A stretch of 64,000 nt of DNA from an uncultured Verrucomicrobiae bacterium. Its GTDB lineage: Bacteria; Verrucomicrobiota; Verrucomicrobiia; Chthoniobacterales; UBA10450. Location: the NCBI GenBank assembly GCA_963726745.1, contig CAVSDR010000003.1, positions 32,001 through 96,000 on the forward strand, given 5' to 3'. A model generated the notes under the pieces. The model saw nothing but the letters and a program-made list of their open reading frames with translations, was not told where the DNA came from and searched no databases. The stretch's first letter is position 1. The number at the start of each line of letters is the position of its first letter. This document shows positions 1 through 10,519 of this stretch, piece after piece. The translations under genes were made by a program, and so were the position numbers.

Positions 1-421
1 ATTTTCTGCGGCCTTCGTCGAACTCGATCAGGTCGAAGTAGGTCGCGATATCTTTCCGCCCCTCCCCGCCGGCTTCCTTTAGGAAGTGCGCGAAACGGGC
101 GCGCTTAACCGCGGTATCCGGATGGCGCGTGATCATCGCCTGGTTCCACTCTTCGATCTCCTCGGGCGAATGCTGGACGCCGTTCGCCTGGACCCACTCG
201 AGGATGGCCGCGTCTTCCTCGAGGCGATTGGCCGCTTCTTCGAAGGCGTCGGGATTGAGCTTAAGGAAAGCGAGCAGGTGCTTGTCGAAGCCGACGGTCT
301 TGTAGTTGTAACCGTCGAGCAAACCCTTGCGATGCAGCTTCGCCTTGTCGATCAGGCGAGGCAGATGCACGTAGCCGCCGAGACGGTCATACGGACTGCG
401 CGGAGGCTGCTTGATTCGCAT
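1..421 (-). CDS. DUF5069-family protein (stop codon at or just beyond the window edge)
   Basis: Absent from the ORF track. Hand translation from ATG at 421 gives MRIKQPPRSPYDRLGGYVHLPRLIDKAKLHRKG...IEEWN...TYFDLIEFDEGRRK. The PRSP..LGGYVHL.R.IDK start and FDLIE.DEGR end are typical of DUF5069. Confidence 0.8.
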   Translation of the reverse strand, partial: MRIKQPPRSPYDRLGGYVHLPRLIDKAKLHRKGLLDGYNYKTVGFDKHLLAFLKLNPDAFEEAANRLEEDAAILEWVQANGVQHSPEEIEEWNQAMITRHPDTAVKRARFAHFLKEAGGEGRKDIATYFDLIEFDEGRRK

Positions 422-437
422 TGAGCCCGGACTGGGC

Positions 438-1337
438 TTAGACGGCGGGGAGCGGTTGGCTCAAGCCCGGGAGCAACTCTTCGCTTTTGGCCGCCACGGG
501 TTCCGCGGCCGGCGTCGCGGGAAGCAACTCGGCCTGGGTCAGGCCGCCGCTGCCGATCACCAATTGACCGGTGAACATGCCGCCTTTTTCCACGGAAATG
601 CTCTTCGCATTCACGTTGCCGTCCAGCGAGGCGTTCCGGTGGATCACCACCACGGTGCGCGCCTCGACATCGCCGGTCATGTGGCCGCGAATCTCGATGC
701 TCTTCACGTGGATCCGGCGGAAAAACTGCACGTCGGCCTTTCGCTCCACCAGGATGTGCTCGGCCGAGATGCGGCCGGGAATTTTGCCGCTGTAATTGAT
801 CGTGACCATCCCCGAGGAAACAAGGTCGCCCCGGAGCTTCCCCTCGATCAAAGCCGAGCGGCAAATGACGTTGCTGCTACTGAGATCGCCCTTATGGGTC
901 ACGTGCACTTCACCATGGGTGCGAATGACGCGGCTGAACGGGGTGGTAATTTTGTAATCGCGCAGGTCGAGATGCGCGCTGCACTTCGGACAGGTGGTGG
1001 AGGAAGCCGCGGAAGTGACTTCCTGGGTGGCCTTGCAATCGAAGCACTCGACCACCGAACTGCGCTGCTTCGTCCAGAGGCCCTCGATCCGGTTCATGAT
1101 CGACGAGGCCTGCGCGCTCATGGCCTCGACCGCAGCGGCCGGAGCCGAGACCGCGGCCGCAACCGCCGACTGCGCACCAGGGGTGCGTAGTCGGATCTCC
1201 GGCTGCTTCGGGGCGGAGGGCGCAAACGCGCTCCCGCATTGCCGGCACATCGTGCTCTTGGCCGCGACATACTCCATCTGCTTGAAGCCGCAGTGCGGGC
1301 ATTCCACACTGAGCTTGGCGGGGACGGATCTGGCCAC
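438..1337 (-). CDS. Bactofilin (polymer-forming cytoskeletal protein) with two N-terminal zinc ribbons
   Basis: CPHC..CRQC and CFDC..CPKC pairs followed by bactofilin beta-helix repeats (IEGKLRGDL, IRGHMTGDVEA, VEKGGMFTGQL). Confidence 0.8.
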   Translation of the reverse strand: MARSVPAKLSVECPHCGFKQMEYVAAKSTMCRQCGSAFAPSAPKQPEIRLRTPGAQSAVAAAVSAPAAAVEAMSAQASSIMNRIEGLWTKQRSSVVECFDCKATQEVTSAASSTTCPKCSAHLDLRDYKITTPFSRVIRTHGEVHVTHKGDLSSSNVICRSALIEGKLRGDLVSSGMVTINYSGKIPGRISAEHILVERKADVQFFRRIHVKSIEIRGHMTGDVEARTVVVIHRNASLDGNVNAKSISVEKGGMFTGQLVIGSGGLTQAELLPATPAAEPVAAKSEELLPGLSQPLPAV

Positions 1338-1364
1338 GGGGCGCGAAGGCTGGCGGAGGTCTCG

Positions 1365-1925
1365 TTAGGCGCGGGCGCCGAAGGCGGCTTTGACCGGCGC
1401 GGCGGACTCGTCGTTGCGGACGACTTCCGGGCGCGAGTTCGAGGAGGCTTTACCAGCACCGCTGGTCACTTCGGATTTGCCGATGAAAGTAGCGCCTTCC
1501 TCGATCACCAGGCGGGCAGCCTTCAGGTCGCCCTGGAGGGTGCAGCGGCTCTTCAGCTCGCAACGTTCGCCGACGGTGATGTTGCCATGCACCTTGCCGA
1601 ACACGGTGATCGACTTGGTCTTGATCTCACCCCGGATATCGGCGTTTTCGCCAATCGTGAGGACGCCGTCGGAATTGATCTCGCCTTCGACCTTGCCGTC
1701 GATCAGCAATTCCTTCTGAAATTTGATTGAGCCCTTAATCTCGACGTCGCTCGAGAGGATGTCTTTGCCGGAATGTTCTGCCATAATTTTTTGGTGATCG
1801 GTAGGTTGAGGTGTCGTTCTGACTTCCTCGCGGGGCGCGAGGCCGTTGTTATCATCAGTGCCCGCGCTTAACGATCCTTCTCCGATCGACGACAGGGGCT
1901 TTTGCGGGATGAATTTTTTCAACAC
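1365..1925 (-). CDS. Bactofilin (CcmA family)
   Basis: ILSSDVEIKGSIKF...IDGKVEGEI...IEEGATFIGKSEV. The true start may be the internal Met of MAEHSGKD. Confidence 0.9.
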   Translation of the reverse strand: MLKKFIPQKPLSSIGEGSLSAGTDDNNGLAPREEVRTTPQPTDHQKIMAEHSGKDILSSDVEIKGSIKFQKELLIDGKVEGEINSDGVLTIGENADIRGEIKTKSITVFGKVHGNITVGERCELKSRCTLQGDLKAARLVIEEGATFIGKSEVTSGAGKASSNSRPEVVRNDESAAPVKAAFGARA

Positions 1926-2077
1926 GCGCCATTATTGAGAGCCACGAGGGAAATGTCAACGGAGAGGGTCGCTTAATTTGCGATTTTCGTGGAATAAAGC
2001 GCCGACTTCCGCTTGTCTGGAAAATTCCCTCGCGGCGAAGACGCTCGCACGGGCGCGGTGATATTTAGCCGGCAACC

Positions 2078-2150
<73 letters not shown>

Positions 2151-2284
2151 GTGATTGCGCCCGCGAATTAATCACGCGACCGCACCCTTGACCAATGCGG
2201 AATGCACTCGTTAGGGAACAGGTCGCGCCTTTTGCGATGGAACCGGTGCCTGACCCCGGTGCGTAGAAGGTGGTGGAGAAAATC

Positions 2285-4079
2285 ATGGGAGCAGAAGCGA
2301 AGGAAATTTTATCGGAAGGGGCGGAGCTGCTCCCGGAAGGCGTGCGCTATCGCACCTGGTGCAAGCACAGCCGCGCAGCCGTCTCCATTGTCGACGCCGA
2401 GGGCACGGTGCTCCGGCACCTCCCGCTCACGAGTGAAGGCGGCGGCTATTTTAGCGCGCTCGATCCGCAAGGTGCAGCCGGCGATCTCTACCGTTTCCAC
2501 TTTGGCGATAGCCAAGGCTGGCCCGACCCGGCCTCGCGCTGGCAACCACAGGGCGTGCATGGCCCGTCGATGGTGATCGATCCTCATGCCTTCCCCTGGA
2601 CCGACCAGAAGTTCAAGGCGCCGCCTTATTCCGAGCTCGTGATCTACGAGTTGCACCTCGGCACGTTCACGCCCGAGGGCACCTTCCGGTCGGCGATTGC
2701 GAAGCTCGATCATCTGGTCACGCTCGGCGTAAATGCGCTCGAGCTCATGCCGATCGCCGATTTCCCGGGCGACCGGAATTGGGGCTACGATGGCGTCGCG
2801 CTTTACGCGCCGGCGCGGGCCTATGGGCACCCGGACGATCTCCGCGCGCTCGTCGATGCCGCTCACGCGCGCGGCCTCGCGGTCATGCTCGACGTGGTCT
2901 ACAACCACATGGGCCCGGATGGGAATTACCTCGGGGTTTATCACGACCGCTATTTCAACGAGAAGGAACACACGCCCTGGGGCGCGGCGCTGAACTACGG
3001 CCAATCCGCAGTGCGCGATTTCTTTGCGGAAAACGCGAGCTATTGGCTGCGCGAATTTCACATCGACGGCCTCCGTCTCGATGCGACCCACGCGATCATC
3101 GACCACTCCGAGCGGCACATCCTCGCGGAAATTAGCCAGCGCGTTCACACCCTTGGCGGTTTCCTCGTGGCCGAGGACGAACGCAACGAGCCCAGCCTCC
3201 TGCATCCGGTGAAGAGCGGCGGCTGCGCCTTTGACGGCGTCTGGTCGGACGATTTCCACCACGTCGTGCGCGTCATGCTCACGGGCGAGCGCCAGGGTTA
3301 CTACGAGAATTTCACCGGCACGCCGGAGGAATTGGCGGAGACGCTGGAGCATGGCTGGCTTTTTCGGGGCCATCGCAAGACCGTGGAAGGCGAACTCCGC
3401 GGGGGCCCGACCGACGACGTGCCGCCCGAGCGCTTCGTCTCCTGCATTTCGAATCACGACCAGATCGGCAATCGCGCTTTCGGCGACCGCTTGGGCCAGA
3501 CGATCGAACCCGCTGCCTATCGCGCCGCCTCGGCGTTGATCTGCCTGGTGCCCTTCACACCCATGCTTTTCATGGGCCAGGAATGGAACGCCTCCACGCC
3601 CTTTCAATTCTTCACTGAGCACAACGACGAGCTCGGCCGCCTGATCACGCAGGGCCGCCGGAAGGAGTTCCGGCATTTCGCGGAATTCGCCGACCCGGAA
3701 TTGCGCGAGACGATTCCCGACCCGCAGGCGCCGAGCACTTTTGAGAATTCGAAACTGCGCTGGGAAGAAATCGCGCGCGAGCCGCATGCGCCGATCCTTC
3801 GGCCTTTACCGCGAGTTTCTCGCGCTCCGCCAAAGCCAGCCTGCTTTCCGCGACCGCGCGCGCGAGCAGTGGAGCGTGGAGCTGCGCGGCAGAAGGCATC
3901 ATCGCGCTGACTCTCGGCCGGCAAACGGAAGCGCCGCTCCTCGTGCTCATCGATCTCGTCGGCGGGCACAGCCCGCCGGAGCTCGAGGGTTGGCGGCCGC
4001 TGCTTTCGTCGAACGAAGAGCGCTTCGGCGGCGACCGCGTCGGCGGATTTCCGCCAGCCGACCACGGCGGTTTATTTAG
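2285..4079 (+). CDS. treZ: Malto-oligosyltrehalose trehalohydrolase (GH13); frameshifted near 3795 and 3900, 3' end approximate
   Basis: PDPASRWQPQGVHGPS, YELHLGTFTPEGTF, WGYDGV, DVVYNH, GLRLDATHAI, NHDQIGNR, FMGQEW. The C-terminus continues in other frames (LYREFLALRQSQPAF; LLSSNEERFGG). Confidence 0.9.
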
Positions 4080-4821
4080 GCAGCACTTTGGTGCCGTAGA
4101 TTTCCACCTCGAGATCCTCGGCCACGCAAAGGTGCGCCGGAGGTCCCGCGAGTTCTGCGAAGCCATCGAGCGCCGCCGGCACCAGCGACCACTCGGGCAC
4201 TTCCGCCGGGCGATAGCGATAGCGTGCATGGGCCACCTGCCCGCGCACCAGCCGGCGCCAGCGGCGCGCGTAGAGGTAGTAGCGTTCCAGCAGGAAGAAC
4301 TCGAGCGTGCCCGGCCCGGCCTCGCGTGCTTCCCCCACGCCACGGTAACGAAAGCGCGCTGTCTCCTGCGCCCCGCGCCGGCGCGACTCGTAGTCGACCC
4401 ATCCCCCTTCCACGCGCGCGCTCATCGCCGCATCGCGATAAGGCAAGCCCATGAATTTTTGCGCCAGCTGCACCGCGACCGGCTGGCTGCAATCCAGCGA
4501 GTAGAACCAAACCCCCGGCACGCCCTGCGCGTCATGCACATAAGTGCGCACGTTTAGCTCGAGGAAATTGGAAAGCCACGGCACCGTCGGCAGACCGACC
4601 GGACGCACGCGTTCCATGAAAAACGGGACCACCGCGAGATAGGCCGCACCTTCATAAGTGTCGACCGTCAGGCCGGCTGGCAAAGTGCCCTGGATGCGCT
4701 CCGCCGGCACGGCCCAATGCAGGAAAAGCAGGCGGGCCCAGCGTTGCCGCATGAGCAGCGGCCGCAGCCCATCGGGAGCAAGCGCCGCCCGGCGCGAAGT
4801 CTCGTTAGGCAGCAACATCAC
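4072..4821 (-). CDS. YqjF/DUF2071 family protein
   Basis: MRQRWARLLFLHW, FLELNVRTYV, GVWFYSLD, FLLERYYLY. Confidence 0.85.
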   Translation of the reverse strand: MMLLPNETSRRAALAPDGLRPLLMRQRWARLLFLHWAVPAERIQGTLPAGLTVDTYEGAAYLAVVPFFMERVRPVGLPTVPWLSNFLELNVRTYVHDAQGVPGVWFYSLDCSQPVAVQLAQKFMGLPYRDAAMSARVEGGWVDYESRRRGAQETARFRYRGVGEAREAGPGTLEFFLLERYYLYARRWRRLVRGQVAHARYRYRPAEVPEWSLVPAALDGFAELAGPPAHLCVAEDLEVEIYGTKVLPK

Positions 4822-4851
4822 TTAGACGGCGGAACCAGCCCGCCGCACTCG

Positions 4852-7800
4852 TTAGCTTTTCCCGAGGATATGCTTGATCCCCCGGAGCGGAATCACCACC
4901 CAATCCGGCCGGTTATTTAACTCGTAGCCGACCTCATAGACTGCCTTGTCCAGCAGGTAAGCATCCAGCATCACCTTGAGATCGTCTTCGCTCCGCGGAA
5001 TAAAGACCGCGCCGCGGCTCGTCTCCAGGTATCTCCGGAGGAAGACATCGCTCATGTGCCGATACCAAAGGTCGGCCCAGCGCTCCAGGAAAGGCATGTC
5101 CTCCGGCCGCATCGACGGCTGCCAGAGCGCGCTATAGGCGGCATATTGGAAAGAGCGCATCATCCCGGCGACGTCGCGCAAGGCCGAGCGCTTGAGCTTC
5201 CGCTCGCTCAAAGGCCGCGCCGGCTCGCCCTCGAAGTCGAGAATAATGAAGTCTTTCCCGGTGTAGAGCACCTGCCCAAGATGGTAGTCGCCATGGATCC
5301 GGATCTTGGCCGCGCCCGCGATGCGGTCGAGAATCCGGCGCTCTTGCGTAAGGATTTCCTCCTCCGCGCCATGCACCGCCGCGGCTTCCTCGCGCACGTG
5401 CGCCGGAAGCTGGTTAAGCTTCTTACCTAACAAGTCCCAGGAACGCCGCAGGAGCGCGCGCATGTTCTGGAAAACCGAACGCTGCGCCATGGCATTGAAC
5501 GGTTCCGGGGCAAAGGCTTTGTCGTCCTCCTTGGAAGCCAGGGCGAGGTGCAGCTCCGCCGTGCGCTGACCCAGGAGTTGGGCGCGTTCGGGATAAATTC
5601 CGCCGATCAATTCGTCGACTAACGGCCCTTCCGCGACCGTCTCGCTTTGCAGGTCCGCCTTGCGCGCCAGGACGCGCTCATAGAACCGGCTCACGGAATC
5701 GAGCGTCATTTCCCAGGCATCCCCTTCACTGCTCACCGCCGTCTGCATCGCGCAGACCACCGTTGGCTCAGCCTTCCCGCGGCGATACTCGATCATGCCG
5801 GCAAAAGCAGGCACGTTGGCGAAGCCACCCTTCTCGGAAAGGAAACGCGTGACTTCCACATCGGGATTCACGCCGTCCTCCAGCTTCCGGTAGAGCTTAA
5901 GGAAGAACTTGCCGTCAAAGATCATCGAGGAATTGCTTTGCTCGACCCCGAGGACCACGGAAGGCAAGCCGCCGTCCACCCCTGCGAGCGCGGCTCCCTG
6001 CGTGCCGACGATGTCACCATTTCTCCCGGGGAAATGCTGTGCCTGTGCCATCAGGCTAAACAGGTTTTCGCGGAAACCGGCATCGTAGATTGCATCGTGC
6101 AGGATGGTCTCCTCGGCGCCCTCAAAGCGGGCGATCACCGCCGGCTGCGCGGTTTCGGAAATCTGCCGCGCGGCCTGCCCGCGAGCAATCGCCACCGGCA
6201 AGGTGTAGGTCTCGGGCGCGCCGTCGCGATAGGTTACTTCGACAAACCAGATTCGCGCCGCTTCCGGCTCGGCCGACACGGAGACCTGCTCCGCAATTCG
6301 CATCCCAGAAATGCTACGCGCCTTCGAGCCAAACCAGCGGCGATTGCGCACGTAAGTCGGCAGGATTTCGCGCTCGATGACCTTGCGCTGGTCGCCACTG
6401 AGCAGGGTGGCAAACTCCGGCACGAAAGAAAGTGTCGGCACTTCCCGCGGCGCCAAGCGCGCGGCGTCCTGTGGCTGTGCACTCAACACGAACCAAAAGT
6501 GCGAGTGCGGTCCGAGAGTCAGCACATAAGGAGTTTCCTTGATCGGCGGGAAGTAATTCTGCCCAAAGACCTCCATTAAAGTGCAGCCGGCAAAACGCGA
6601 GAGATCGACTTCCGCGACCTGCGAGAAGCGCGACAAGTTAACTACCACTAAGACTGTTTCACCTTCGAAGCTGCGGAGAAAAGCCAGCACCTTGGCGTTA
6701 TCCGGCAAGAGGAACTCGAGCGTCCCGCGTGAGAACGCCTTGAAGTTCTTCCGCATCGCGATCACCCGCCGGGTCCACCACAAAAGAGACGACAAGTTCT
6801 TTTGCTGGTTCTCCACGTTGATCGCCTCGTAGTTATACTCCGGGTCGATCACGATCGGGAGGAAGAGCTGCTGTGGGTTCGCCCGCGAAAAGCCGGCATT
6901 GCGATCGGCGCTCCACTGCATCGGCGTGCGGCAGCCGTTGCGGTCGCCGAGGTAAACATTGTCGCCCATCCCGATCTCGTCGCCGTAGTAGAGCACGGGG
7001 GTTCCTGGCATGGAGAAAAGAAGGATATTTAGCAGCTCGATCTTGCGTCGGCTATTGGCCAACAACGGCGCAAGACGGCGGCGAATGCCGAGGTTAATCC
7101 GCGCCGTCGGATCGGTCGCGTAGACGCGCCACATGTAGTCGCGCTCTTCGTCGGTAACCATCTCGAGCGTGAGCTCGTCGTGGTTCCGCAGAAACATGGC
7201 CCACTGGCAAACCTCCGGGATTGCCGGCGTTTGCTCCATGATGTCGATGATCGGAAAGCGATCCTCCATCTGCAAGGCCATGAACATCCGTGGCATTAAC
7301 GGAAAGTGGAAATTCATGTGCGACTCGTCGCCGTTGCCGAAGTAAGTCACGGCGTCTTCCGGCCATTGGTTCGCTTCCGCCAGGAGCATGCGGCCTTGGT
7401 AGTTCGCATCGATGTGCGCGCGGAGTTTCTTTAAGTAGGTATGCGTCTCGGGCAGGTTCTCGCAGCTGGTGTTTTCGCGCTCGTAAAGGTAAGGCACCGC
7501 GTCCAGGCGCAAGCCATCCACACCCATCTGCAGCCAGAAATCGAGCACCTTGAGCACAGCCTCGTGGACTGCCGGATTGTCGAAATTCAAATCCGGCTGG
7601 TGCGAGTAAAAGCGATGCCAGTAGTAAGCCTTCGCCACCGGATCCCAGGACCAATTCGAGAGCTCGAAATCCTTAAAGATAATTCGCGCGCTGCTATACT
7701 TATCCGGTGAATCGCTCCAGACATAGAAGTCGCGCTCGGGCGAGCCGGCCGGCGCGCGGCGCGCTTTCTGGAACCACGGGTTCTGGTCGGAGGAATGATT

Positions 7801-8124
7801 GATCACCAGTTCGGTGATCACCTTGAGCCCGCGCTCGTGTGCCGCGGCGAGGAAGGCCTTGAAGTCGGCCAGCGTCCCGTAGTTCGGGTTCACGTCGAAG
7901 TAGTCGGCAATATCATAGCCGTCGTCCTTTAGCGGCGAAGGATAGAACGGCAGGATCCAGATCGCGGTTACGCCGAGTTCCTGGAGATAATCGAGCTTCT
8001 CGATCAAGCCGCGGAAATCGCCAATGCCATCGCCGTTGCTGTCGTGAAAAGTCTTCACGTGCAGCTCGTAAATGACGGCGTCTTTATACCAAAGCGGATC
8101 GACCGATTGCGTCGCGGAACCCAT
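4852..8124 (-). CDS. treS: Trehalose synthase fused to maltokinase (TreS-Mak/Pep2)
   Basis: WYKDAVIYELHV, SPLKDDGYDIAD, FLRNHDELTLEMVTDEERDYM; C-terminal EQSNSS, RIHGDYHLGQVL, DFEGEP kinase motifs. Confidence 0.95.
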   Translation of the reverse strand: MGSATQSVDPLWYKDAVIYELHVKTFHDSNGDGIGDFRGLIEKLDYLQELGVTAIWILPFYPSPLKDDGYDIADYFDVNPNYGTLADFKAFLAAAHERGLKVITELVINHSSDQNPWFQKARRAPAGSPERDFYVWSDSPDKYSSARIIFKDFELSNWSWDPVAKAYYWHRFYSHQPDLNFDNPAVHEAVLKVLDFWLQMGVDGLRLDAVPYLYERENTSCENLPETHTYLKKLRAHIDANYQGRMLLAEANQWPEDAVTYFGNGDESHMNFHFPLMPRMFMALQMEDRFPIIDIMEQTPAIPEVCQWAMFLRNHDELTLEMVTDEERDYMWRVYATDPTARINLGIRRRLAPLLANSRRKIELLNILLFSMPGTPVLYYGDEIGMGDNVYLGDRNGCRTPMQWSADRNAGFSRANPQQLFLPIVIDPEYNYEAINVENQQKNLSSLLWWTRRVIAMRKNFKAFSRGTLEFLLPDNAKVLAFLRSFEGETVLVVVNLSRFSQVAEVDLSRFAGCTLMEVFGQNYFPPIKETPYVLTLGPHSHFWFVLSAQPQDAARLAPREVPTLSFVPEFATLLSGDQRKVIEREILPTYVRNRRWFGSKARSISGMRIAEQVSVSAEPEAARIWFVEVTYRDGAPETYTLPVAIARGQAARQISETAQPAVIARFEGAEETILHDAIYDAGFRENLFSLMAQAQHFPGRNGDIVGTQGAALAGVDGGLPSVVLGVEQSNSSMIFDGKFFLKLYRKLEDGVNPDVEVTRFLSEKGGFANVPAFAGMIEYRRGKAEPTVVCAMQTAVSSEGDAWEMTLDSVSRFYERVLARKADLQSETVAEGPLVDELIGGIYPERAQLLGQRTAELHLALASKEDDKAFAPEPFNAMAQRSVFQNMRALLRRSWDLLGKKLNQLPAHVREEAAAVHGAEEEILTQERRILDRIAGAAKIRIHGDYHLGQVLYTGKDFIILDFEGEPARPLSERKLKRSALRDVAGMMRSFQYAAYSALWQPSMRPEDMPFLERWADLWYRHMSDVFLRRYLETSRGAVFIPRSEDDLKVMLDAYLLDKAVYEVGYELNNRPDWVVIPLRGIKHILGKS

Positions 8125-8195
8125 GGTCTAACACTTGGCGCACAATGCCGCGCCGCGCAATGCACGCAGGCTGGCGCCGGGTATTTCTTCCCCGC

Positions 8196-8585
8196 TCAGG
8201 CGCGCGCGCCGAGCGTCCCGGCGGCGTGGCCCAGCCAAACCGCGAACAAACAAAGAAGCACCGAGACGGCAACGTTGGCCAGCCCGCGGAACCATTCCCC
8301 CGCCTGGAGCAGCGCGAGCGTCTGCAGGCTGAAGGAGGAAAAGGTCGTGTAGCCGCCGCAGAGGCCAACCATCAGGAAAAGCCTGGCCGCGGGGCTTCCC
8401 CACCAGCGGCCTTCCACGATCGCCAAGCCAGCGAACAGGCCGAGGACGAAGGAGCCGGTGACGTTCACCACCAAAGTCCCGAGGGGAAAATGGTCGCCGT
8501 AGCGGGCGGTGAGCGCGCCGGCTAACCAAAACCGCAGGACGCTGCCGAGGGCCCCACCGGCGGCGACGTAGAGATACGGAAGCAT
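8196..8585 (-). CDS. crcB: Fluoride efflux channel CrcB/Fluc
   Basis: GGALGSVLRF, FPLGTLVVNVTGSF, GLCGGYTTFSSF. Confidence 0.95.
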   Translation of the reverse strand: MLPYLYVAAGGALGSVLRFWLAGALTARYGDHFPLGTLVVNVTGSFVLGLFAGLAIVEGRWWGSPAARLFLMVGLCGGYTTFSSFSLQTLALLQAGEWFRGLANVAVSVLLCLFAVWLGHAAGTLGARA

Positions 8586-8612
8586 GTCGAGCCGCGCCGC
8601 CTGCCCCGCGGC

Positions 8613-9366
8613 CTAACGAACCTCGGTCACGCGGCTGGAGACGCAGCGCCAGCGGCCGTTGCGCTCTTTCCAGGTGTCGATGAAACGCCGGCTAACCTTG
8701 AACTTCTCGCCCTTCCCGGTGACGCCGCTCTCGGTGCTGAAGCCGGTGACGACGGCTGTCTTCGGGCCGGCACTGCGCACGGTCATGCGGTGGGCGCGCG
8801 CGGAGCGATAGGTGTTTTTATCGCGGCGCAGGAGCGCGAGGACGCTGGCCTTCGAGGCCGTTTGGCCGTCGGCCGAGGTGGCTTCGAAATCGGGCGCCAG
8901 CAGCTCGTCGAGCGCTTTGGCATCGTGGTTTTTAATCGCGGCCGCCCAGCGGTTCTCGAGCGCGCGGATGTTCGCAGCCACCACCCAGCTGCTTTCGGAA
9001 AAGTCGAAAGTCGGCTCCGAGGCGCGCGGGCCGCGGTTGGGCGCAGCGGGCACGCGCCGGATGAATGGGGTGCGCTCGTCCAGCGGGCGGACCGGCTTTT
9101 CGCGCAGGCTGCGGCGAGGCGTCGCGGTTTTGGCCGGCTTCGAAGCTGGCGCAGCGGTAGGCGCAGGCGTGGCGCTCTCCTCCGGGGGGGCGACGGGCGC
9201 GGGCGTCTCCGCAGGCTGTCGGCGTGGGCGACGGGGCCGGCGTGGCTGGCGGCGCCTCCGGCGGCGGAGAGCTCCGGCGGAAGGGAGCCGCGGCGTCCTG
9301 CGCGGGCAGGGAAGTTGCCGTCAAAAACACGGCCGAAAATAAGAGGCGGAAGAAAGTGGGGCGCAT
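8613..9366 (-). CDS. Secreted protein: Pro-rich linker plus DUF4440/NTF2-like domain; frameshift near 9200
   Basis: Signal peptide MRPTFFRLLFSAVFLTATSLPAQ in one frame; IRALENRWAAAIKNHDAKALDELLAPDF...RFIDTWKERNGRWRCV in another. Confidence 0.75.
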
Positions 9367-9636
9367 CGTCGCGGCTGCGCGCGGCAGCCAGGTTTATGGG
9401 CGCATCGTAGTGCGCACACTTGCGCTTTCAACTGCTTTTCCTCCCGCTGGGGCCGCATCGTTTCCGCCGGGACAGGCGCGGCGGAATTCCAGTTGGACGA
9501 AGCTGCTCCAAGGCACTAAAAGACAACCGCGCATGTGCTCACCCTTCCCTTTCGCGAAGCTTTTTCACTCGTTAGGCAGCGAGCTCGCGTCCCGCGCGGC
9601 TGAGCGCGTCGGCTAATTTTTCTCCTCCCTGCCGCG

Positions 9637-10293
9637 ATGGAACCCACCGAGAACGAACCGGCGCCGGAAACGCCCCCGAGAGGCCGCGGCCACTCTACCC
9701 TGAGCGCGCCAGCGCTCGAGCCGGGCGCGCCGACCGACCTGGAATTGATGGAAGGCATCCAGCGCGAGGACCCGGAGGCGCTCTCGCAGCTCTACGATCG
9801 CTACAACGGCATCATCAAGGCGCTCATCCTCCGGGTGATCCACAACGAAGCCGAGGCCGACGATTTGCTGCAGGAGATCTTCATGGAGATCTGGAACCAG
9901 GCGAAGAATTTCTCTGCGCAAAAGGGGAAGCCGCTCGGCTGGATGGTGACGCTGGCGCGGCGCCGCGCGATCGATGGCTTGCGCAAAAAGCAGGCCTACG
10001 CCCGCGCCGGCGAGCGCCTGCAAAGCGAGACCGAGCAGCAGCCGGATGCCTGGGTGCACAACGCCACCGAGGAGGAAATTACCTTCAGCGATACCCGCAT
10101 TCTCGTGCGCCGGGTGATCGAAACCCTGCCCCCAGCGCAGCAGCAGGCCATAAATCTCGCATTTTTTCGCGGAATGAGTCAGCGCGAAATCGCCGCAAAT
10201 ACGAATACACCTCTAGGCACAGTCAAAACGCGGCTCGAATTGGGCCTGAAAAAGATCTACGACGGCCTGAAAGAACTGCGCGATGAACTTTGA
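9637..10293 (+). CDS. ECF RNA polymerase sigma-70 factor
   Basis: ALSQLYDRY, EADDLLQEIF, WMVTLARRRAID, GMSQREIA, PLGTVKTRL. Confidence 0.92.
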   Translation: MEPTENEPAPETPPRGRGHSTLSAPALEPGAPTDLELMEGIQREDPEALSQLYDRYNGIIKALILRVIHNEAEADDLLQEIFMEIWNQAKNFSAQKGKPLGWMVTLARRRAIDGLRKKQAYARAGERLQSETEQQPDAWVHNATEEEITFSDTRILVRRVIETLPPAQQQAINLAFFRGMSQREIAANTNTPLGTVKTRLELGLKKIYDGLKELRDEL

Positions 10294-10519
10294 CGAATTC
10301 CAGAACCGCGCGCGCCTTTACGTGATCGGCGCCTTGGAGCGGGACGAGACGACGGACTTCGAGCAGGCGCGGAAGGAATTTGGCCAGGCAGCGGAGGATT
10401 TCATCGTCGAGTGCTATAACCTGCACGAGGCCTTCGCCCTGAGCCTGCGCCCGGCGCAGGCCGCGGGCTCGATCAAAGATCGCCTGATGGCGCGCGTGCG
10501 GGCGCGCGAGGCGCACTAG
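10283..10519 (+). CDS. Small putative anti-sigma factor (RskA-like N-terminal domain only)
   Basis: Overlaps the sigma stop codon; LYVIGALERDETTDFE...IKDRLMARV resembles anti-sigma N-termini; 78 aa, no TM segment. Confidence 0.65.
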   Translation: MNFDEFQNRARLYVIGALERDETTDFEQARKEFGQAAEDFIVECYNLHEAFALSLRPAQAAGSIKDRLMARVRAREAH

